In this document: positions 1 through 8,977 of the stretch, piece after piece
How positions within the stretch are numbered: position 1 is the stretch's first letter
Layout of the letters: each line of letters begins with the position of its first letter
Assembly (NCBI GenBank): GCA_003070825.1
Contig: QBLP01000001.1
Coordinates: 1-33,770 of the forward strand
From: Halanaerobium sp.
GTDB taxonomy: Bacteria > Bacillota > Halanaerobiia > Halanaerobiales > Halanaerobiaceae
DNA length: 33,770 nt
Direction of reading: 5' to 3'
Translations under genes and position numbers: made by a program
Notes under the pieces: generated by a model
What the model was told of the DNA's origin: nothing
Databases searched by the model: none
The model's input: the letters and a program-made list of their open reading frames with translations, nothing else

Positions 1-724
1 TCTGATCACTCTGAGCCTTTATTTCTTCCCACTTTTCTTCTGCAATCATATCTTTAGCTGTTGGATATAGAATATTATTTTCTTTAAAGATATGGTCCCT
101 TAAAGTAACCACAACATACTCTGAATGCATCTTTAATTCTTCTTTAAACCGATCAAAGTTCATCTCAGCAGCATTTTCTGCCAGCTTCATTATTTCTTCC
201 TTGTGGGGCCAGAGATCATCGTGCTCCATCCGCATAATTCTGGTTGGCCCTGTTACTCCGCCTTTATCCACCTCAGGGAAAAGAGTTTCTTCTTCTCTGG
301 TGTGGTGTTTTTCTGTATCCAGCAATTTAGTTCCGATCTCTTTTAATTCCTCAAATAGAGGGTTATCTGCCTCAAATTTATTTAGCTTTTGAATTTCTGC
401 ATTTAATTCATCCAAACGATCTAATATTTTCAGAATTTCTTCATGTTCAGAAATTAAAGTACTTAAAGGATGGCCAACTGGAACATTAGCCTTCAATGCC
501 TTTAATTCCTCTGCCATCGCTTCAATATGAGCAGTACAGAGGTGTCTTAATTCAGTTTCTTCTAAACCATCATTTATTAATTCCTGTTCAGCTTCAGATA
601 ATTCTTTAGCACTAATGCTGTTTATTAACTCCTGGGCCTCTTTTTTTACCTTTTCAGTTGCCTCACCACTATTTAGTCTTTCTAAAAGATTCTTAAGTTC
701 TTCTTTTCTTGTTTCTGCAGTCAT
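1..724 (-). CDS. DUF438 + hemerythrin (HHE)-like domain protein; 3' end runs off the window
   Basis: Not in the ORF track because it is truncated. ATG at 724 with AAGGAGG RBS. Translates MTAETRKEELKNLLERLNSGE...AEQELINDG...HLCTAH...GHPLSTLISEHEEI...HHTREEETLFP...MRMEHDD...DHIFKENNILYP, i.e. a DUF438 N-terminus plus hemerythrin His/Glu motifs. Frame stays open to the window edge. Confidence 0.85.
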   Translation of the reverse strand, partial: MTAETRKEELKNLLERLNSGEATEKVKKEAQELINSISAKELSEAEQELINDGLEETELRHLCTAHIEAMAEELKALKANVPVGHPLSTLISEHEEILKILDRLDELNAEIQKLNKFEADNPLFEELKEIGTKLLDTEKHHTREEETLFPEVDKGGVTGPTRIMRMEHDDLWPHKEEIMKLAENAAEMNFDRFKEELKMHSEYVVVTLRDHIFKENNILYPTAKDMIAEEKWEEIKAQSDQ

Positions 725-753
725 TGTACTGCCTCCTTATATTAATTATATTT

Positions 754-822
754 AAACTTGAGTAATTTACTATGTTTTAATTATGACATTAATTTTAAGG
801 CAGTACTATGACATATATCACA
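754..822 (-). promoter_or_regulatory. Promoter of the DUF438 gene: extended -10, CRP/FNR-type box at about -41.5, and an Rrf2-like site over the TSS
   Basis: Minus strand TG-T-CATAAT (hexamer 780-785), TGTGA-tatatg-TCATA at 807-822, and ACTTGAGTAATTTACT at 756-771 (+ strand). Confidence 0.65.
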
Positions 823-906
823 TAAATCATTATATTTTAAAATTAATTTACTGCTGTCTGCTGAGTTTAGGCTTTAAGATTAAGTTTTAAAATTAATGAC
901 TGCAAT

Positions 907-943
907 AAAAAAAGACCTGCCTACATAATGCAGACAGATCTCT
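907..943 (-). terminator. Intrinsic terminator after hcp
   Basis: Minus strand GATCTGTCTGCA-TTA-TGTAGGCAGGTC hairpin with G-U pairs, followed by T7. Confidence 0.8.
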
Positions 944-991
944 AATAGGCATATTTACATTTTTGTCCAGGTACCCGGTACCCTCCTGGTT

Positions 992-2662
992 TTACTCACC
1001 AGCCATGATTGCGGCAACATCTTCTTTAACATCACCGGTTGGCTTAATATCAAACTTATCAACCAATACATTAAGCACATTTTCGGAAACAAATGCTGGC
1101 AGTGTGGGTCCAAGACGGATTCCTTTGACTCCTAAGGATAGCAGTGCAAGTAATACTGCTACAGCTTTCTGCTCATACCAGGCAATATCATAAGAAATTG
1201 GGAGGTCATTAATATCATCCACTCCCATAGCTTCTTTCAGCTGTAAAGCAATATAAGCTAAGGAATAAGAGTCATTACACTGACCTGCATCTAATACTCT
1301 TGGGATGCCACCGATATCTCCCAGGTCAAGCTTGTTGTAGCGGTACTTAGCACAGCCAGCTGTTAGAATTACAGCATCTTCTGGTAATTCTTTAGCTACA
1401 TCTGTAAAGTACTCTCTATCTTTAAAGCGGCCGTCACAACCACCCATTACTACAAAGCGGCCGATATCTCCATTTTCAACAGCTTCAATCACCTTGTCAG
1501 CAACGCTCATTACTGTATTACGAGCATAACCACCAGGGATTGTACCTTCTTCTAACTGAACTGGAGAATCACATGTTTTAGCCATTTCGATCAGCTCGGA
1601 GAAGTCTTTGCTTTCTCCTTCTTTACGGTCAGGAATATGAGTAACCTCAGGATATCCTGCCATACCTGTTGTAAAGATCCGATCCTTATATGAATCTTTA
1701 ACAGGGGTAATACAGTTTGTTGTCATCAGGATTGGACCATTAAATGATTCAAATTCCTTATCCTGGTGCCACCATGAGTTACCATAGTTACCAACAAAGT
1801 GATCATACTTTTTGAAAGCCGGATAGGAGTTAGCAGGCAGCATTTCACTGTGAGTATAAACATCTACTCCAGTACCTTCTGTCTGCTCTAATAACTCTTC
1901 CATATCTTTTAAGTCGTGACCACTGATTAGAATACCGGGGTTATCGCGAACACCAATATTTACATCAGTTGGCTCTGGGTGACCATAAGTAGAAGTATTA
2001 GCTTCATCTAAGAGAGCCATTGTTTCTACAGCCATCTCACCGGTTTCCATAACTAAACCTACAAGATCATCAACACTCATGCTGTCATCTGTTGTAGCAG
2101 CAAGACATTTTTGAGTAAATCTATCAATTTCTTCTTTATGCTTACCTAAAACTCTTGCGTGGTCACCGTAAGCTGCAATACCTTTAAGACCGTATGTAGC
2201 AAGCTCACGTAATGATCTAACATCAACATCTTCAGTTTCTAGAACCCCAACATCAGTACCCTTATCATAATAATCGCTTACATCATCACTATACCAGGTA
2301 GCATGTTCAGGTAACTCACCACTAAATTCTTCACCGTGATTTTCTTTATATGCTTTTTCAAATTCAGCCTTAACTTCATCTCTTAAAGCAAAAGATTCTT
2401 CAATTAAATCTTCAAATCTTTCAGCATCAAAGTTAGCATTAGTAATTGTGGCAAAAAGACCTTCCATAATAAATGGTGCAGTCTTATCTGACAGGTCAAC
2501 ACCCTCAGCCTTAGCTTTTTCTGCATAAACAGAAATACCTTTGAGAACAAATACTAATAAATCCTGTAGATTAGCAACATCTGCATCCTTACCACAGACA
2601 CCTCTTACAGTACAGCCTTCATTCTTTGCTGTTTCCTGACACTGATAACAAAACATGGACAT
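992..2662 (-). CDS. hcp: Hybrid cluster protein (hydroxylamine/NO reductase), class I
   Basis: 556 aa. N-terminal C-x2-C-x8-C-x5-C ([19 protein letters not shown]), [43 protein letters not shown]. Confidence 0.97.
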   Translation of the reverse strand: MSMFCYQCQETAKNEGCTVRGVCGKDADVANLQDLLVFVLKGISVYAEKAKAEGVDLSDKTAPFIMEGLFATITNANFDAERFEDLIEESFALRDEVKAEFEKAYKENHGEEFSGELPEHATWYSDDVSDYYDKGTDVGVLETEDVDVRSLRELATYGLKGIAAYGDHARVLGKHKEEIDRFTQKCLAATTDDSMSVDDLVGLVMETGEMAVETMALLDEANTSTYGHPEPTDVNIGVRDNPGILISGHDLKDMEELLEQTEGTGVDVYTHSEMLPANSYPAFKKYDHFVGNYGNSWWHQDKEFESFNGPILMTTNCITPVKDSYKDRIFTTGMAGYPEVTHIPDRKEGESKDFSELIEMAKTCDSPVQLEEGTIPGGYARNTVMSVADKVIEAVENGDIGRFVVMGGCDGRFKDREYFTDVAKELPEDAVILTAGCAKYRYNKLDLGDIGGIPRVLDAGQCNDSYSLAYIALQLKEAMGVDDINDLPISYDIAWYEQKAVAVLLALLSLGVKGIRLGPTLPAFVSENVLNVLVDKFDIKPTGDVKEDVAAIMAGE

Positions 2663-2743
2663 AAATTATTCCTCCCTTGAAATAAATATATTCTGCAGTT
2701 TATGTAATTTATTTTCTGCAGTTGAAATTAAATTTGAATTACA

Positions 2744-2804
2744 AGTGCTTTACTCAAGTATTATTATATAACTTTGAATATATTCTTCTATGATATAAGT
2801 CACA
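2744..2804 (-). promoter_or_regulatory. hcp promoter: TATAAT, CRP/FNR (HcpR-like) box at about -40.5, and an Rrf2-like site at the TSS
   Basis: Minus strand TATAAT at 2763-2768, TGTGA-cttata-TCATA at 2789-2804, and ACTTGAGTAAAGCACT at 2744-2759. Confidence 0.7.
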
Positions 2805-2826
2805 GAAGAAAAATTTTCTTAACAAA

Positions 2827-2976
2827 AACACCTGCAGCAGGAATAACTTAAACTTACACTTACAATTATCTATCTAGCTTTACAATTGAATCAAATTGAC
2901 TGAATTCGATACAATTAATCTCAGCAAATAATAATCTTTTAATGCAAAATCTATTTAAATTCCGGCTGCAGGTATT
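2827..2976. repeat. 18-bp imperfect inverted repeat enclosing a 114-bp AT-rich spacer
   Basis: AACACCTGCAGCAGGAAT (2827-2844) versus the reverse complement of 2959-2976 (AATACCTGCAGCCGGAAT): 16/18 match. Confidence 0.6.
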
Positions 2977-3012
2977 GTTGAAAATATTTTATTAGTTATC
3001 TAAATTGTTATT

Positions 3013-3504
3013 TTAATAATCTTCTAAGTGATACCACTCAGCATCTTCTAACCAGGTATTAGGACGATCTACCATTTCGGTAATATTATCCATGATTTTT
3101 TCGTGCTTCTTTTCTTCTTCTGCCAGACGCTTAAAGGTCTTTTTGACAAGCTCAGAATCTGATTCTTCCGCTTTTTCGGTATAGAATTCATAACTCTTTC
3201 TTTCTAAATCAATTGCCTTTTTATAAACATCTACCTGTTCTTCCGGCATTACATCATCACCAGTAGGCATATTATCAGCAATTTTATCAAAGGCTTCCTT
3301 GGCTTTAGGCAGAATTCCGGACTCTACTTCGTCAACCTCTTTGTTTTCTTTTAACTGGCGCACAATATTTTCATGCTTTTTTTCTTCCTCTGCCAGTTCT
3401 AAAAATACCTTTTTTAAATCCTCATGACTGGTATTGGCTGCACACTCTTCGTAAAACTCACGATTTTCAATTTCAAAGTCAATAGCAAAATCATAAATAT
3501 TCAT
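3013..3504 (-). CDS. Ferritin/rubrerythrin-like di-iron four-helix protein without a rubredoxin domain
   Basis: 163 aa with duplicated E-x(n)-LAEEEKKHE motifs. RBS AAGGAGG. Confidence 0.85.
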   Translation of the reverse strand: MNIYDFAIDFEIENREFYEECAANTSHEDLKKVFLELAEEEKKHENIVRQLKENKEVDEVESGILPKAKEAFDKIADNMPTGDDVMPEEQVDVYKKAIDLERKSYEFYTEKAEESDSELVKKTFKRLAEEEKKHEKIMDNITEMVDRPNTWLEDAEWYHLEDY

Positions 3505-3594
3505 AATTATAAGCCTCCTTAAATATTTTTATCTCCATTTTATTTTCTCCATCTTACTGGACAATTAATTTTTATTCAGAATTAAATCAGCTTC

Positions 3595-4446
3595 TTATTT
3601 GAATTCATCAATTAAGAATTTCAGATCATCAACTTCAACATCACGCTCAACTAAGGCTTTATCCTCTAAGTAAGGCATTCGATCCCTGAAGGTCGGCTTT
3701 TCTTCTCTGTAGATAATTCCAATTGGAATTTTATCTCCAAATTCCTGAGCTACCTTCATTGCAGCTGCGTGGTCAGTTGGATCATGATCTTCTAATTTAT
3801 AGACTCGTTTATTGTACCACTGATAGGTATTAATTTTATTAAAGGAAACACAGGGCTGGAAAATATCAATTAAAGCATAACCCTTGTGCTTTTTAGCTTC
3901 TCGAATCATTTCTTTAAGGTGCTCCCGGTCACCAACACTACTGCGGGCAACAAAGCTGGCCTTCATTCCAACTGCAAATTGAACTGGATTTAAGGGCTCA
4001 GCGTTAACTCCATGAGTCTGAACTGGAGTTCTCAGCTCCGGCACACTTGTTGGAGAAGCCTGGCCTTTGGTTAAACCATAAATCTGGTTATCGTGGACCA
4101 GATGAATAATATCCGGATTCCTTCTTATATTGTGCAAAATATGATTTCCACCCTCACCATAACTACAGCCATCTCCAGATTCAACAATTACTGTCATCTT
4201 AGGATTGGCAACTCTCATTCCGATTGCAGGTGGTAGTGAGCGTCCGTGCAGTCCATTGAAACCATTAACTTTAATATAATGAGGCATCTTAGCTGCCTGT
4301 CCGATTCCGGTATACATTGTAACTTCTTCCGGTTTTAAATCCATCTCAGCTAAAGCATCAGCCAGAGCGGTTCTTAAAGGAAAGTTACCACAGCCCGGAC
4401 ACCAGGCAGTTTCGCGGTCAGCTTGATAAATATTTTTATCTACCAT
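3595..4446 (-). CDS. korB: 2-oxoacid:ferredoxin oxidoreductase beta subunit (TPP-binding)
   Basis: WCPGCG, GDG..EGGNH..DN.IYGLTKGQ.SPT and QPCVSFN motifs. Overlaps the alpha-subunit stop by 1 nt. Confidence 0.92.
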   Translation of the reverse strand: MVDKNIYQADRETAWCPGCGNFPLRTALADALAEMDLKPEEVTMYTGIGQAAKMPHYIKVNGFNGLHGRSLPPAIGMRVANPKMTVIVESGDGCSYGEGGNHILHNIRRNPDIIHLVHDNQIYGLTKGQASPTSVPELRTPVQTHGVNAEPLNPVQFAVGMKASFVARSSVGDREHLKEMIREAKKHKGYALIDIFQPCVSFNKINTYQWYNKRVYKLEDHDPTDHAAAMKVAQEFGDKIPIGIIYREEKPTFRDRMPYLEDKALVERDVEVDDLKFLIDEFK

Positions 4447-6122
4447 TATTTACTCACCTCTTCTTTAAATCTTCTGTAGATTTCCTGACCTGAAAAAGGT
4501 CTTCCATCATCTTTTAAGATATTATAGTCTGCTTTGATTCCTGTTTCACTGCGTACAAGTCTGTCGAATTGCGCACCAGCATTATTTTCTACAAAGACTA
4601 ATTTAGCATCTGTTGCTGCCAGTTCTTCTAATTTTTTAGTCGGCAGCGGCCAGAGATCATTAAATTCTAAATGTCCTACATTATATTCATCAGAAAGAAT
4701 CTTTCTTCCTTCTCTAAGTGGCCCGGCAGTTGAACCCCAGCCAACTAAAATATAATCAGGCGCTTCTGGTCCTGTATATTCTGGCTCCAGCAGATCTTCT
4801 GCTGCTAATTTTTTCATTTTTTTAGTTCTTTTGGCAACCATCTTATCTCTTGTTTCTCCGTCTTCTACAATATGAGCATATTCGTCATGCTCATCACTGT
4901 CTAATAAAACTATATTATCTTTAAGCTGGCCCGGATAGGCGCGGGGAGAAATTCCATCTTCAGTATATTTATAGCGCTTATACTCTCCTTCTACCTCTGC
5001 CGGATCAACTAAATGTCTTTCAATTTTCATCTCAGATGTATCTATTACTGGAATAGTTTTAGAACCATCACCAATAAACTGATCGGAAAGAATAATTACT
5101 GGAATCTGATATTTATCAGCCAGATTCATCGCTCTAAAGGTCTGATAAACTGCATCTTCCTGATCCTTGGGCGCTAAAACCATCAGTGGAAACTCATCCT
5201 GAGCAATATTAACTGCAAAAAGCAGATCTCCCTGACCGGTTCTGGTAGGTAAACCTGTGGCCGGACCCGGACGCTGTACATCGGCAATTACAATTGGTGT
5301 CTCTGTAATTCCAGCCAGTCCAACTCCTTCAGCCATTAGAGCCAGGCCTCCACCTGAGGTACCTGTCATCGAGCGCATGCCTGCATAGGAACCACCAAGT
5401 GCCATATTAATCGAGGCAATCTCATCTTCAGACTGCTCAACAACTATGCCCAGTTCTTCCTGTTTACTGGCTACATAATGTAAGATACCAGTTGAAGGTG
5501 ACATCGGATAGGCTGTATAGTAACTTAAGCCACCAAGTAAAGCACCTAAACCAACTGCACTGTTACCGTCAATCACCATTCTATCTTCTTTTTTACCGAG
5601 GTCTTTAAGATTATATAATTGATCTACTGCTTCATAACCTTTTTTAAGTAATTCAAGATTGTCATCAATAACTGATTCTTTTTTAGCAAAGTGTTCTTTT
5701 ACTGCTTCTTCAGCCTGATCTGTAGGCAGTCCCATAATTTTAAAAGCAGCACCAACATAGACAGTATTGACCGCTCGGGGGTTAACCTCTTTCGCCATTC
5801 CCCTGGCATCAATATATACCATCTCATCCTTATCTGATTCAACTTCAGAAAGAATTGTTCCATCTTCATTCATTTCTGAGCGGTGAATCTCTACACTTTC
5901 ATCATTTAAAGCTAAAAGTAAATCTATTCCCTCATCCGGTCCTTCTACTTTTTGATCACTTATTCTGATCTGCATAAAGTTATGGCCACCTCTAACACGT
6001 GACATATAATCTTTAGTGCTGTATAAGTAATAACCGTGACGGGAAAAAGTTTTGGTCAGCATTGCTTCTACTGTTTTTAAACCCTGACCTGCTTCTCCAG
6101 CAATTACAATGTTAAAATCCAA
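4446..6122 (-). CDS. korA: 2-oxoacid:ferredoxin oxidoreductase alpha subunit (gamma-alpha fusion)
   Basis: GEAGQG, SRVRGGH, AYPMSP, EDEIAS, QRPGPATGLPT. Start moved from 6173 to TTG at 6122 because AAAGGAGGT precedes it. Confidence 0.92.
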   Translation of the reverse strand: MDFNIVIAGEAGQGLKTVEAMLTKTFSRHGYYLYSTKDYMSRVRGGHNFMQIRISDQKVEGPDEGIDLLLALNDESVEIHRSEMNEDGTILSEVESDKDEMVYIDARGMAKEVNPRAVNTVYVGAAFKIMGLPTDQAEEAVKEHFAKKESVIDDNLELLKKGYEAVDQLYNLKDLGKKEDRMVIDGNSAVGLGALLGGLSYYTAYPMSPSTGILHYVASKQEELGIVVEQSEDEIASINMALGGSYAGMRSMTGTSGGGLALMAEGVGLAGITETPIVIADVQRPGPATGLPTRTGQGDLLFAVNIAQDEFPLMVLAPKDQEDAVYQTFRAMNLADKYQIPVIILSDQFIGDGSKTIPVIDTSEMKIERHLVDPAEVEGEYKRYKYTEDGISPRAYPGQLKDNIVLLDSDEHDEYAHIVEDGETRDKMVAKRTKKMKKLAAEDLLEPEYTGPEAPDYILVGWGSTAGPLREGRKILSDEYNVGHLEFNDLWPLPTKKLEELAATDAKLVFVENNAGAQFDRLVRSETGIKADYNILKDDGRPFSGQEIYRRFKEEVSK

Positions 6123-6206
6123 TCTTATTACCTCCTTTGCGAATTCCCAAATCTTATTTTCTCTTTTTAACAAAACTTGAGTTATACTCTCTGTCTAATA
6201 TATATT

Positions 6207-6233
6207 ATTCAAGAGAGAGCTGGTAAATCCTGC
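6207..6233 (-). promoter_or_regulatory. Sigma-H-like promoter for korAB
   Basis: Minus strand GCAGGATTT-N14-GAAT matches the Firmicute SigH consensus layout. Confidence 0.5.
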
Positions 6234-6314
6234 TTGCGAATGGAAATATTTTGGCTTGATTTTAGAAAGATTTTGATTTATCTAATACTAAAAATAATTA
6301 TTGTTACTGACAAT

Positions 6315-6350
6315 AAAAAGCTCCCGGTTAAAATAATTTTAACTGAGAGC
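6315..6350 (-). terminator. Intrinsic terminator after wecB
   Basis: Minus strand GCTCTCAGTTAAAA-TTA-TTTTAACCGGGAGC followed by T5. Confidence 0.75.
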
Positions 6351-6376
6351 CCTCTAAAAAATCTCATATTTTATTA

Positions 6377-7531
6377 TTAATTAAAATCATTCGGCCTTTG
6401 TTGACTAAATTCAAAATGAAAATCCATCGCTTTTATAATTCTTTCTACAGCCTTACCATCCCCATAGGGGTTGACAGCTGCCGCATGTTTATTATACTCC
6501 CTGCTGTCAGTTAGTAATTTATAAGCCTGCTGATAAATATCATCATACTCAGTTCCAACTTTAAGCACTGTTCCAGCTTCTACAGCCTCCGGTCTTTCGG
6601 TTGTATCTCTTAAGACTAATACCGGTTTGCCGAGTGAAGGCGCTTCTTCCTGAATTCCACCGGAATCGGTAAGCACCAGGTCAACTCTGGCCATCAAATT
6701 GGCAAAGGGTAAATAATCAAGCGGCTCAATTAAATGGATCTGATTATTCTCTGCCAGCATTTTTTTACTCAGCTCTCGAATCACCGGATTTAGATGGACT
6801 GGAAAAATAACTTCTAAATCTGAAATCTGCTCTGTTAAGTCTCTCACCGCTCTAAAGATATTTTCCATCGGCTGGCCTAAATTCTCCCGGCGGTGAGCTG
6901 TCAGCAGTATTACCTTTTTTTCTGCAAAATTCATCTTTTTAAGCAGCGGATTTTCAAACTGATAATCCTCATCTACCACGGAAAGCAGGGCATCAATAAC
7001 TGTATTTCCGGTCACAAAAATCTTATCTTCTGCAGTATTTTCCAGCAGCAAATTCGCTTTAGCTTTGCTGGTAGGGGCAAAATTGAGGTCAGCCAGCACT
7101 CCTGTCAGCTGTCTGTTCATCTCCTCCGGGAAGGGTGAATATTTATTATGAGTCCTTAAGCCTGCCTCCACATGAGCAATATCTATCTGATTGTAAAAAG
7201 CAGTCAGGGCTCCAATAAAGGTGGAGGATGTATCCCCATGGACCAGTAAAAGATCGGGTTTTTCTTCACTCAAAATGCCATCCAGTTTGTTAATTATTCT
7301 GGCAGAAAGGCCGCTTAAAGTCTGCCTGTCCTGCATAATATCCAGATCATAATCAGCTTCCAGCTTAAAAAGATCCATTACCTGATCCAGCATTTCTCTG
7401 TGCTGAGCGGTTACTGTAATTACTAATTTATAGTTTTCATTTTTCTTAACTGCCTTCAGGAGAGGCGCCATCTTAATTGCTTCCGGTCTGGTTCCAAAAA
7501 CAGCCATGATTTTTTTCTGCATCTTAACCAT
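6377..7531 (-). CDS. wecB: UDP-N-acetylglucosamine 2-epimerase (non-hydrolysing)
   Basis: FGTRPEAIKMAP, HGDT, HVEAGLRT, PEEMNR, TDSGGIQEEAP, NPYGDG. The start could be 7522. Confidence 0.96.
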   Translation of the reverse strand: MVKMQKKIMAVFGTRPEAIKMAPLLKAVKKNENYKLVITVTAQHREMLDQVMDLFKLEADYDLDIMQDRQTLSGLSARIINKLDGILSEEKPDLLLVHGDTSSTFIGALTAFYNQIDIAHVEAGLRTHNKYSPFPEEMNRQLTGVLADLNFAPTSKAKANLLLENTAEDKIFVTGNTVIDALLSVVDEDYQFENPLLKKMNFAEKKVILLTAHRRENLGQPMENIFRAVRDLTEQISDLEVIFPVHLNPVIRELSKKMLAENNQIHLIEPLDYLPFANLMARVDLVLTDSGGIQEEAPSLGKPVLVLRDTTERPEAVEAGTVLKVGTEYDDIYQQAYKLLTDSREYNKHAAAVNPYGDGKAVERIIKAMDFHFEFSQQRPNDFN

Positions 7532-7533
7532 CC

Positions 7534-8013
7534 TTAATACCCCATATCTTTTAAAATTCTTGCCAGCACCGATAACCTCTCACCAATCAGTTCATTGTCA
7601 TTTCGCAGTGCCTGGTCAAAAAGTTTAATGTCTTCTTCCAGATTTTCATTATCTTCTGCAACTGCAACTGTCATTGCATCACCCTGGAGACCAACTCTGT
7701 CCAGCTGTGGATTTTCCTGGTCATATAAATTTTCGTAGCGGTAAGCTTCTCTAAAATGCTTGGAAGTCCTGGCAACTAAAATTGCAAGGTCAAGCACCCG
7801 ATGTAGGGGTAACTCCTCTGACTGCCTGGACCATTTATTTCCTGTATGGCGCCAGACTTTGGCGGAAATATCTACTTTACCGCGATCATTCCACTGAGCT
7901 AAACCTAAAGAAAGTCCTTTAGCATCAGAATCATAAGCATTCCTGCCGTCAATATTTTCGTAATTCTCACAGACAATTACCGGCTTGTGTTTTAAACTTG
8001 TTGGTATTTTCAT
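7534..8013 (-). CDS. Conserved hypothetical protein (DUF6530-like)
   Basis: 159 aa, MKIPTSLKHKPVI...GLAQWNDRG...SRQSEELPLHR. GGAGG RBS. Ends 2 nt before wecB. Family name is from recognition only. Confidence 0.7.
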   Translation of the reverse strand: MKIPTSLKHKPVIVCENYENIDGRNAYDSDAKGLSLGLAQWNDRGKVDISAKVWRHTGNKWSRQSEELPLHRVLDLAILVARTSKHFREAYRYENLYDQENPQLDRVGLQGDAMTVAVAEDNENLEEDIKLFDQALRNDNELIGERLSVLARILKDMGY

Positions 8014-8031
8014 TTTTAGACCTCCATTATA

Positions 8032-8095
8032 TTTACTAGTTTAGTAAATTACTAAATTACTACTTAAGTATAATCCTCTTTTTGCTTGCTGTCAA
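8032..8095 (-). promoter_or_regulatory. Sigma-A promoter plus an array of four 8-bp operator-like units
   Basis: TTGACA (8090-8095)-17 bp-TATACT (8067-8072). Units TTTACTAG/TTTAGTAA/ATTACTAA/ATTACTAC at 8032-8063. Confidence 0.75.
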
Positions 8096-8110
8096 GACTC
8101 TAAAAAAATT

Positions 8111-8136
8111 AAAACTGCAGTCATTTAAACTGCAGT
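8111..8136 (-). terminator. Probable terminator after the TIGR03915 gene
   Basis: ACTGCAGT...ACTGCAGT self-complementary stem followed by a short T-run on the minus strand. Confidence 0.45.
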
Positions 8137-8144
8137 AAAAAATT

Positions 8145-8945
8145 TTATTCTAATTTATAATTCTGGCTGCTGCCCGGTCTTTCAATCAGGTGCTTCCAGT
8201 ATTTTTTGGGCATAAACTGCTGCTGAACCTTTCTGTTCTTTCGATTTTGAATACTAACTGCAGAGAAAAATGCCCGCCAGAGATCCTGAACTTCTGCTTC
8301 TCTGCTTGAAAGTTTCGGCTCAAAGCCCTTTTCTAAATCAATTAAAAGCCACTCCTTATCCTCAGCAGAATAAATTACAGCTTCCTCTCGTTTAAGATCG
8401 TGGATTATCCAGTCCATAGTCGAAAACCTACTTTTGAAATGAGGCGCCAGCAAAATTAGAGTTTTATAGTCAGGTTCAACTGCTGCATAATATTTACCTC
8501 CGACAGCCTCCTTAAGTCTGATCAAACCCTTTAAGCGGTGGCTCTCATGCCTCACCCTGTGGGCCAGGTCGTGAACCTGGCGGATATAATCTTTAGTCAA
8601 AAGTTCGTCCACACTTTTACCAACCTTAAAACCGGTAAATAAATAGCGAAAGATATATAATTCCATTTTTTCTGCTTCCGACAGATAACAGTGGAAAATA
8701 TTATTCAGCACCTGGGCTGAAATATGCTTTTTAATCTGTTCAGAAAAAAACTCTGCTTTTTCCTGATCAGTAATAATTTTTTCCTGTTGATAAAATAAAT
8801 CATCACGAAATTCTGATTCAGCCAAAATTTTAACTGGTGCCTCTCTTTTTTTGAAAGCAGTATAAAGAGCTGTCATTAAACCCTGATAGCTGCCGTCATA
8901 AATATATACTTTTTTTGAATCATTACTGCTGTCCATTCTCATCAA
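8145..8945 (-). CDS. TIGR03915/DUF4130 family putative DNA repair protein
   Basis: YIYDGSYQGL, E.HRLKG.IR, PHF..RF..W.IHD, LWRAFF..I..RKN...MPKKYWKHL.E. This is the canonical partner downstream of a TIGR03916 gene. Confidence 0.88.
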   Translation of the reverse strand: MMRMDSSNDSKKVYIYDGSYQGLMTALYTAFKKREAPVKILAESEFRDDLFYQQEKIITDQEKAEFFSEQIKKHISAQVLNNIFHCYLSEAEKMELYIFRYLFTGFKVGKSVDELLTKDYIRQVHDLAHRVRHESHRLKGLIRLKEAVGGKYYAAVEPDYKTLILLAPHFKSRFSTMDWIIHDLKREEAVIYSAEDKEWLLIDLEKGFEPKLSSREAEVQDLWRAFFSAVSIQNRKNRKVQQQFMPKKYWKHLIERPGSSQNYKLE

Positions 8946-8977
8946 ACCTTTTTTAGATTAATATCCTCAAAAATAAC

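Noticed and set aside
3013-3504. Ferritin-like protein as a second encapsulin cargo
   Set aside because: Neither terminus has an LxIGSL-like peptide or flexible linker, and the gene is 7 kb away in another operon.
6123-6173. Longer N-termini given by the ORF track for korA (also the ABC ATPase, permease, smsC and glgD), and the 33697 start for DUF4914
   Set aside because: RBS position and homology favour downstream starts. For DUF4914 the frame is open to the window edge.
6177-6380. 67-aa + strand ORF in the korA-wecB gap
   Set aside because: It has no RBS, an AT-rich biased composition, and overlaps the korA promoter and the wecB terminator.
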